Positions 58,642 through 64,000 of a stretch of 64,000 nucleotides of DNA are shown piece by piece. This DNA comes from Candidatus Woesearchaeota archaeon (GTDB lineage: Archaea > Nanobdellota > Nanobdellia > Woesearchaeales > GCA-2686295), in assembly GCA_937912225.1 (NCBI GenBank), contig CALDOJ010000036.1, positions 31,191 to 95,190 of the forward strand. Reading direction: 5' to 3'. The translations under genes and the position numbers were made by a program. A model generated the notes under the pieces. It was not told the origin of the DNA. It saw nothing but the letters and a program-made list of their open reading frames with translations, and did not search any database. Position 1 is the first letter of the stretch, and the number at the start of each line of letters is the position of its first letter.

Positions 58642-60429
58642 ATGACTGAAATAACACCGAGTCTAGATTCATTCAATAAGACTGAAGAAACACCAACCAA
58701 CGAATCTAGTGAACCAAAAAATAATTCTCCAATACAAAAACCAAAACAAACAACTACTGCTCACGAATTAGCTAAGAAGCAAAGAGATATTTCTATATCA
58801 GAATTTTTTGAAAAAAATAGACATTTACTTGGTTTTGATAATAAAAGAAAAGCACTTCTTACAACTGTTAAAGAAGCCGTAGATAATGCACTTGATGCAT
58901 GTGACGAATCAGGCATCTTACCCGAACTTGAAATTACAATGGTCGATATGGGTAATGACCGATTCAAAATTTCTATTGAAGATAATGGTCCTGGAATTGT
59001 TAAAGCTCAAATTCCTAAAATTTTCGCAAAATTATTGTATGGTTCTAAGTTTCATAGTTTGAAACAAAACCGAGGTCAACAAGGTATTGGTATTTCTGCA
59101 TCTGTTATGTATGGACAACTTACTACTGGTAAAGCTGCAAGAATTATTAGTAAAATTCATCCTAATGAACCAGCCCATTATTACGAATTAACAATTGATA
59201 CTCAAAAGAATAAACCAAAAATTGTCAAAGAAGAAACAAAAGAATGGTATAAAGAACATGGTACTAGAATTGAAATCGATCTTGAAGGTTCTTACCTTAA
59301 AGGCAATCAATCAGTTGATGAATATTTAAAACAAACTGCAATTATTAATCCTCACGCAACTATTACTTATGTTAATCCTAAATCTGAACAAATAATGTTT
59401 CCTAGAGCAACTGACGAGCTTCCAAAGCAATCTGCAGAAATCAAACCTCATCCTTATGGTATTGAACTTGGAATGCTTATTAAAATGTTAGAATGGAGCG
59501 AATGTAAAACTGTTAAAAAATTTTTACAAACAGAATTCTCAAGAGTTAGTAGTAGAAATGCTGATGATATTTTAGAACGGTCAGCTATTATTTCTAATAC
59601 TAAACCTAATAAAGTTAATAGAGAAATGGCTGAGCGAATAATGGAAGCAATTAAAAAAACTAAATTAATGGCTCCACCTACTGACTGTATTAGTCCAATT
59701 GGTTCAAACTTGCTTGAAAAAGGTCTTAGAAAAGAAGTTAATGCTGAATTTTATACTAGTATTACAAGACCACCTTCTGTTTATAGAGGTAATCCTTTTG
59801 TTATTGAAGCAGCTCTTGCTTATGGCGGATTAATTCCTAAAGAAGGTTCAATTCAAGTTTTAAGATATGCAAATAAAGTTCCACTCCTCTATCAACAAGG
59901 TGCTTGTGCAGTTACTCAATCAATTGCAAAAACTTCTTGGAGATCATATGGACTTACTCAATCTGGAAGTAATCTTCCTCAAGGTCCGGTTGTTATCTTA
60001 GTTCATATTGCATCTGTTTGGGTTCCTTTTACTAGCGAGGCTAAAGAAGCTATTGCTCATTATCCTGAAATTATTAAAGAAGTTAAACTTGCATTACAAG
60101 AAATTGGAAGAAATCTTTACAGGTATGTTGCAAAGAAACGAAAAGTTCATGATGAAATGAAAAAAAGAAGTTACATTGAAAGTTATATTCCTCATGTTTC
60201 TAGCGCTCTAAAAGAAATTCTTGAATTTTCAGATATTGAAGAACAAAATATTACTGAATTATTAGAAAAACTGCTTGAAAAGCATCGTGGTGAAATTGAC
60301 GAAATGGAATTTGATAAAAACAAAAATACTGATTATGATGAAGATTTTGCTAAAATTGGTAAAGAAGAGAAAAGTGAAGATGACGAAGATTTAGATAATG
60401 AAGATTCAGACGAGGAACAAGATGAATAA
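58642..60429 (+). CDS. top6B: DNA topoisomerase VI subunit B (GHKL ATPase)
   Basis: Bergerat-fold motifs …VKEAVDNALDA…DNGPGI…GQQGIGISA. Transducer domain. Acidic C-terminal tail. 40-aa low-complexity N-terminal extension. Confidence 0.9.
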   Translation: MTEITPSLDSFNKTEETPTNESSEPKNNSPIQKPKQTTTAHELAKKQRDISISEFFEKNRHLLGFDNKRKALLTTVKEAVDNALDACDESGILPELEITMVDMGNDRFKISIEDNGPGIVKAQIPKIFAKLLYGSKFHSLKQNRGQQGIGISASVMYGQLTTGKAARIISKIHPNEPAHYYELTIDTQKNKPKIVKEETKEWYKEHGTRIEIDLEGSYLKGNQSVDEYLKQTAIINPHATITYVNPKSEQIMFPRATDELPKQSAEIKPHPYGIELGMLIKMLEWSECKTVKKFLQTEFSRVSSRNADDILERSAIISNTKPNKVNREMAERIMEAIKKTKLMAPPTDCISPIGSNLLEKGLRKEVNAEFYTSITRPPSVYRGNPFVIEAALAYGGLIPKEGSIQVLRYANKVPLLYQQGACAVTQSIAKTSWRSYGLTQSGSNLPQGPVVILVHIASVWVPFTSEAKEAIAHYPEIIKEVKLALQEIGRNLYRYVAKKRKVHDEMKKRSYIESYIPHVSSALKEILEFSDIEEQNITELLEKLLEKHRGEIDEMEFDKNKNTDYDEDFAKIGKEEKSEDDEDLDNEDSDEEQDE

Positions 60430-61507
60430 CCCAGTACTACAAAAAATACATGAAGAAGCTAAGAAAATTTTTGAAGCTATCAAAAAGAAAGAAAAACCTT
60501 CATTAGAATCCCCTGTTAGAAGTTTAAGTAATGTTAATTATGATGCCGATATTGGTTATTTTGAATTAAGTGGAAATATGAAAAAAAGAACTCTTGCAGC
60601 GTCAACTGTTAAAACTTTTGCTCAAACTTTAAGAATGATGGGTTTGTCAAAAGAGATCATTGAAAAAAATGATATTGCAACAAAAAGAGAAGCTTATTAT
60701 GTTAGTAAAAATTGGGGTGATTCAAGATTTAAAGAACAACCAGAATCAGATACTGTAATGGATGACATTGAAGCAATGTTTGAAGTTAATCGTGAACAAC
60801 TTGGTTTTATTCCTGAAGAAAAAGGCGGAGATATCGCTGGAAAACTCGTCGTAATTGATAAAGATCCTGATTCTGGTAAAGAAATAAGAATTGATTGTAC
60901 AAAATTCGGAAGTGGTGCTTATTCTATTCCTTCAAGTGTTGAAGAATTAAAATTTGAAACTAATGCTCAGTTTATTTTAGCTATTGAAACAGCCGGTATG
61001 TTTCAAAGGTTAGTAAAACATAATTATTGGAAAAAAGCTAATTGTATTCTTATTAGTATGGGTGGAGTTCCAACTCGTGCTTGTCGTAGATTTATTAGAA
61101 GACTTAGTGATAATGTTAATATTCCTGTATTTGTATTTACTGATGGTGATCCGTATGGATTTTTGAATATTTATCGAACTTTAAAAGTTGGTTCTGGTAA
61201 CGCAGCTCACATTAACAAATATTTTTGTGTTCCAAAAGCAAAATTTATTGGTATTACTCCTCAAGATATTATTGATTATAAATTGCCAAGTCATCCTTTA
61301 AAAGAAGTTGATATTAAAAGAATTAAAGACGGTATTAAAAACGATCCATTTGTTAAATATCATAAATCTTGGCAAAGAGCTTTAAAACAACAAATGCAAA
61401 TGAAGGTAAGAGCCGAGCAGCAAGCACTTGCAAAACACGGTTTAAACTTCGTAATTTCTAATTATTTGCCTGAGAAATTAAAAAATCCTGATTCTTGGCT
61501 TGATTAG
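60422..61507 (+). CDS. top6A: DNA topoisomerase VI subunit A (Spo11-like)
   Basis: CAP/5Y domain (…YYVSKNWG…) and Toprim (FILAIETAGMFQRL…VFTDGDPYG). The 8-nt ATGAATAA overlap with the top6B stop is preferred. An alternative in-frame ATG exists at 60398. Confidence 0.88.
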   Translation: MNNPVLQKIHEEAKKIFEAIKKKEKPSLESPVRSLSNVNYDADIGYFELSGNMKKRTLAASTVKTFAQTLRMMGLSKEIIEKNDIATKREAYYVSKNWGDSRFKEQPESDTVMDDIEAMFEVNREQLGFIPEEKGGDIAGKLVVIDKDPDSGKEIRIDCTKFGSGAYSIPSSVEELKFETNAQFILAIETAGMFQRLVKHNYWKKANCILISMGGVPTRACRRFIRRLSDNVNIPVFVFTDGDPYGFLNIYRTLKVGSGNAAHINKYFCVPKAKFIGITPQDIIDYKLPSHPLKEVDIKRIKDGIKNDPFVKYHKSWQRALKQQMQMKVRAEQQALAKHGLNFVISNYLPEKLKNPDSWLD

Positions 61508-61650
61508 GAAAACAATCTTCTACAGAGCAATGATTTTTAGTTCTAAAAGGTATTTAATAAGAATCGATTTTAGAAATCAATAGATTTTTAAAAATTATTA
61601 GAGTTTTAATATTAATGTTAATTACAAAAAATAATTTTTTAGAATTGTCA

Positions 61651-61695
61651 GAAATTAAAAATTTCTGCAATACAAAACTTTTTTTGTTATATCAT
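61651..61695 (+). terminator. Hairpin CAGAAAT-TAAAA-ATTTCTG followed by T7 tract (possible top6BA terminator)
   Basis: 7-bp perfect stem at 61651-61669, then …AAAACTTTTTTTGTT. Lies between top6A and the PHP gene, which is preceded by AAGGAGGAG. Confidence 0.35.
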
Positions 61696-61714
61696 AATTC
61701 TAAGGAGGAGAATT

Positions 61715-62377
61715 ATGCTTAAAACAGATTTACATTTACATGCAGGTGAAGATATTCATCATAAATTAAAATATTCTTCTAAAAAATTAATTGATTATGC
61801 TGCGAGTAAAGGTTTCAATGTCTTAAGTTTAACATTTCATGAACATGTTTATTTCAATAAAAAAATTGAATCTTATGCTAAGAAAAAAGGCATTCTGCTT
61901 ATTCCTGGTGTTGAGCGTTATATTGAAGATAAAGAAGTTCTTATTTACAATGTTACAAAGAAAGAGTATAAAAATTTGAATACTTTTGATGATTTACGAA
62001 AGTTAAAAAAACGAAAGAATATTTTGATTATTGCTCCTCATCCTTTCTTTCTAAGATCTAATTGTCTTGGCAAAAAACTTGAAGAGAATATCGATTTATT
62101 TGATGGAATTGAATACAGTCATTTTTATCTTTCTTGGTTTAATAGAAATAAAAAAGCTGTAAAAATTGCTATAAAATATAATAAAACTTTAATTGGAACT
62201 AGTGACGCTCATAACTTGCATCAAATGAATAGCACTTTTTCTTTAGTTAATTCAAATCCAACTATTAAAAGTTTTTTTAATGCTGTTAGAAATAATAAAA
62301 CACAACTTATAACAAAACCTATTTCTTTATCTCGTTTCTTGTGGAGATCTATTAAAGTAGTTCTTGACCTTGAATAG
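61715..62377 (+). CDS. PHP-domain phosphoesterase
   Basis: LKTDLHLHAGEDIHH…LSLTFHEH…IPGVE…IAPHPF…SDAHN shows the PHP metal-ligand pattern. Confidence 0.7.
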   Translation: MLKTDLHLHAGEDIHHKLKYSSKKLIDYAASKGFNVLSLTFHEHVYFNKKIESYAKKKGILLIPGVERYIEDKEVLIYNVTKKEYKNLNTFDDLRKLKKRKNILIIAPHPFFLRSNCLGKKLEENIDLFDGIEYSHFYLSWFNRNKKAVKIAIKYNKTLIGTSDAHNLHQMNSTFSLVNSNPTIKSFFNAVRNNKTQLITKPISLSRFLWRSIKVVLDLE

Positions 62378-62414
62378 CAATATTTAAATAATACTAAAGC
62401 TAATTTTCACTTAT

Positions 62415-63008
62415 ATGTCTATGGAACTATTGCGACCGGGAGATGAAAGAGATATTTTTGCTGCTAAGTATGAGGTTGAAAAGCAAGATGTCTTGAATTT
62501 TAAAAATTTCTACAAGCACATGCATGAATGGTTAGAAGACGAAGGATTTGTTGATCCTGAAGGTATGAAAGATAAATTTGAATCGTTTTATTTTGAAAAA
62601 TTAACAACTAGTGGTTTGAAAGAACATCGTATTTGGTGGAGATGTGTTTTTATTCCTGGAGAAAGTTCTTATGTTCGATACGTATTAAAAATTGATTTTC
62701 AAAACTTAGCCATGAAAGATACTGAAATAATGCATCATGGACAAAAATTTAAAACTAATTCTGTTGATGCAGTTGTTAGGGTTGAAGCTTGGGTTCAATT
62801 GGATTATCAAGATCAATGGCAAAAACATTGGTTTTTGAAACATTTTGATTCTTTTTTTAGAAGAAGAATTTTTCATGAACGATGGGAAGAGCATAAACGA
62901 GAACTTTACAAAAAAGCTTATAATTTTCAGAAACGAATGAAACAATTCTTAGAACAAAAAACTTATGAGCCTATGCCTAAGATTTTCAGACATAAAAGAG
63001 GAGTTTAA
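62415..63008 (+). CDS. Hypothetical protein (Trp/His/Phe-rich)
   Basis: 197 aa, no recognisable motif. Confidence 0.4.
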   Translation: MSMELLRPGDERDIFAAKYEVEKQDVLNFKNFYKHMHEWLEDEGFVDPEGMKDKFESFYFEKLTTSGLKEHRIWWRCVFIPGESSYVRYVLKIDFQNLAMKDTEIMHHGQKFKTNSVDAVVRVEAWVQLDYQDQWQKHWFLKHFDSFFRRRIFHERWEEHKRELYKKAYNFQKRMKQFLEQKTYEPMPKIFRHKRGV

Positions 63009-63047
63009 GACCAAAAATTTTTATAAGTTTTAATTATCTCTTAATTT

Positions 63048-64000
63048 ATGAAAGAAATTATTAATTTTGTTCTTAAAAATCTCAATAAACAAAGTAATGG
63101 TGAAAATATTCCTGTTTTTAGCAATTCTAAATCAGAAGCAGTTAATATTTCTAGTGATAATTTTTGCGAGTTAAAAGAAAAATCTTCTAGTTTGAAAATC
63201 GGATTTGTTGATGGTGGTAACTCTGAATTAATTTGTGCTAATAATTTATCTTTACATTTTATTAGAATTGCAGGCGTTATTTATCAAAATAAAAAAAAGA
63301 TTTTAATTAAGAAAAAAGAATTTTATTGTTTATCTACATATGACAATAATAAATTTAAAACTAAAATTTTTCCAAATGAAACATTTAAAGAATTAACATT
63401 TGATAGTTTTGATTCTAGCATTAGAGAAGGTAAATCTAGAATTGATATTTCTAAAATTGGACAATTAGTTCGAAGACTTGCCGAATTAGAAATGAGTGCT
63501 AATTTAATTAAAGAATCTGATGCATTAGTAATTGATGGTTCTTTAGAGGAGAAATTTACTTTCGAAGAAGATTTCTTGAAAACTTTATTTTCCAAAGCTA
63601 AAGATAAAACTATTATTGGTTTTAATAAAACAAATTCGATTTTAACAACTAATGGTAGTTCAGTTAGTGCTATTCTTTCTAATATGAAAGAAGGTAGTTG
63701 GTTTTATCATCCTATTATAAAAAATCCTTCTAATTATGATTTATACTTTGTTAAATTAAATAATCATTCAAAACATTCATTTCGAATTGATGCTTATAAT
63801 AATCCTGTAAGTTTATTTTCTGAATTATCTAATATGAGCAAAGACCCTATTTTTGTTGGTTATCCTTATGGTTTAATTGAAGTTGATAGACTTGCAAGAA
63901 TTAGTAATAAAGAAGCTGAACTTTTAAAAACAAGATTGGCTGTTGAATTTAGTTCTGATTGGAAAGAAGTCAAGAAGTATTTAACGAGTAAGAATGCTCA
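63048..64000 (+). CDS. nurA: NurA-like nuclease, partial (runs off 3' end of window)
   Basis: Open frame from ATG 63048 to the window end (at least 317 codons, no stop). It is absent from the ORF track because it is incomplete. IGFVDGGNSEL and ALVIDGSLEEKF resemble the two conserved Asp motifs of NurA (v-DGS / l-DGSL). Confidence 0.5.
   Translation, partial: MKEIINFVLKNLNKQSNGENIPVFSNSKSEAVNISSDNFCELKEKSSSLKIGFVDGGNSELICANNLSLHFIRIAGVIYQNKKKILIKKKEFYCLSTYDNNKFKTKIFPNETFKELTFDSFDSSIREGKSRIDISKIGQLVRRLAELEMSANLIKESDALVIDGSLEEKFTFEEDFLKTLFSKAKDKTIIGFNKTNSILTTNGSSVSAILSNMKEGSWFYHPIIKNPSNYDLYFVKLNNHSKHSFRIDAYNNPVSLFSELSNMSKDPIFVGYPYGLIEVDRLARISNKEAELLKTRLAVEFSSDWKEVKKYLTSKNA

Noticed and set aside
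1-64000. CRISPR arrays, IS elements/transposases, integrases, rRNA genes
   Set aside because: Searched by eye for regularly spaced 25-40 bp repeats, DDE/tyrosine-recombinase-like ORFs and long GC-rich stretches. None were found. The only tandem and direct repeats are those reported (44826-44969, 42402-42512, 45553-45626, 27841-28023).

Overview
The window is an AT-rich (about 30% GC) archaeal chromosomal segment. The archaeal assignment rests on Topo VI A/B, archaeal-type DnaG primase, GatD/GatE, CDC48, CarS, eukaryote-like TrpRS, a RIO kinase and a Dim2-like KH protein. It uses the standard genetic code, with a mix of Shine-Dalgarno-led (GGAGG) and apparently leaderless genes behind TTTATATA-type TATA boxes. 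Recognisable housekeeping genes are adk, truD/Pus7, tRNA-Arg(CCT), a carS–pssA–psd archaeal lipid head-group operon, ppdK, xth, gatD/gatE, cdc48, trpB next to trpS, a CBS protein, an MFS transporter, two HerA-family ATPases, yjbQ, hupE/ureJ, a parvulin PPIase, dnaG, rio, a KH protein, top6B/top6A, two PHP phosphoesterases and a NurA-like gene running off the 3' edge. The left 28 kb is an accessory-looking signalling and cell-surface region with four main parts: (1) A plus-strand operon encodes a huge N-glycosylation-sequon-rich surface protein (its 5' end lies outside the window), a type-I membrane coiled-coil protein that shares a conserved 'QRKYY' cytoplasmic tail with it, a KaiC-like/DUF835-like protein and a stand-alone CheY receiver. 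(2) A convergent minus-strand signalling operon encodes a 10-PAS/GAF protein, a family-3 solute-binding protein, a tandem NMT1/SsuA-like solute-binding protein, a Cache/HAMP membrane sensor and a large double-sensor histidine kinase; the PAS and HAMP proteins end in histidine-less pseudo-DHp helices. (3) Upstream on the same strand lies a 10-kb, seven-gene operon that is the main candidate for an undescribed system. It encodes a ribbon-helix-helix regulator, two large secreted/TM glycoproteins with CarboxypepD_reg/PKD-like domains, a membrane-anchored HerA/FtsK-like P-loop ATPase, two acidic linker proteins and a coiled-coil protein. The ATPase and the two linker proteins carry four copies of a ~65-aa 'F-x-L-x-x-G…H-V-N-x-x-K-N-D-F-A-x-W-V' module that I do not recognise. 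(4) Several intergenic structures are unexplained: phased direct repeats and TCTAGA palindromes in front of the RHH operon, a duplicated 22-bp gene end flanking a 67-bp hairpin insert downstream of cdc48, 55-bp tandem palindromic repeats in front of cdc48, a cdc48 N-domain coded without ATG/GTG/TTG, 16-bp direct repeats in a long trpB leader, an identical 25-bp promoter module on both sides of hupE, and a GC-rich 430-bp gap upstream of dnaG that may hold a structured RNA.
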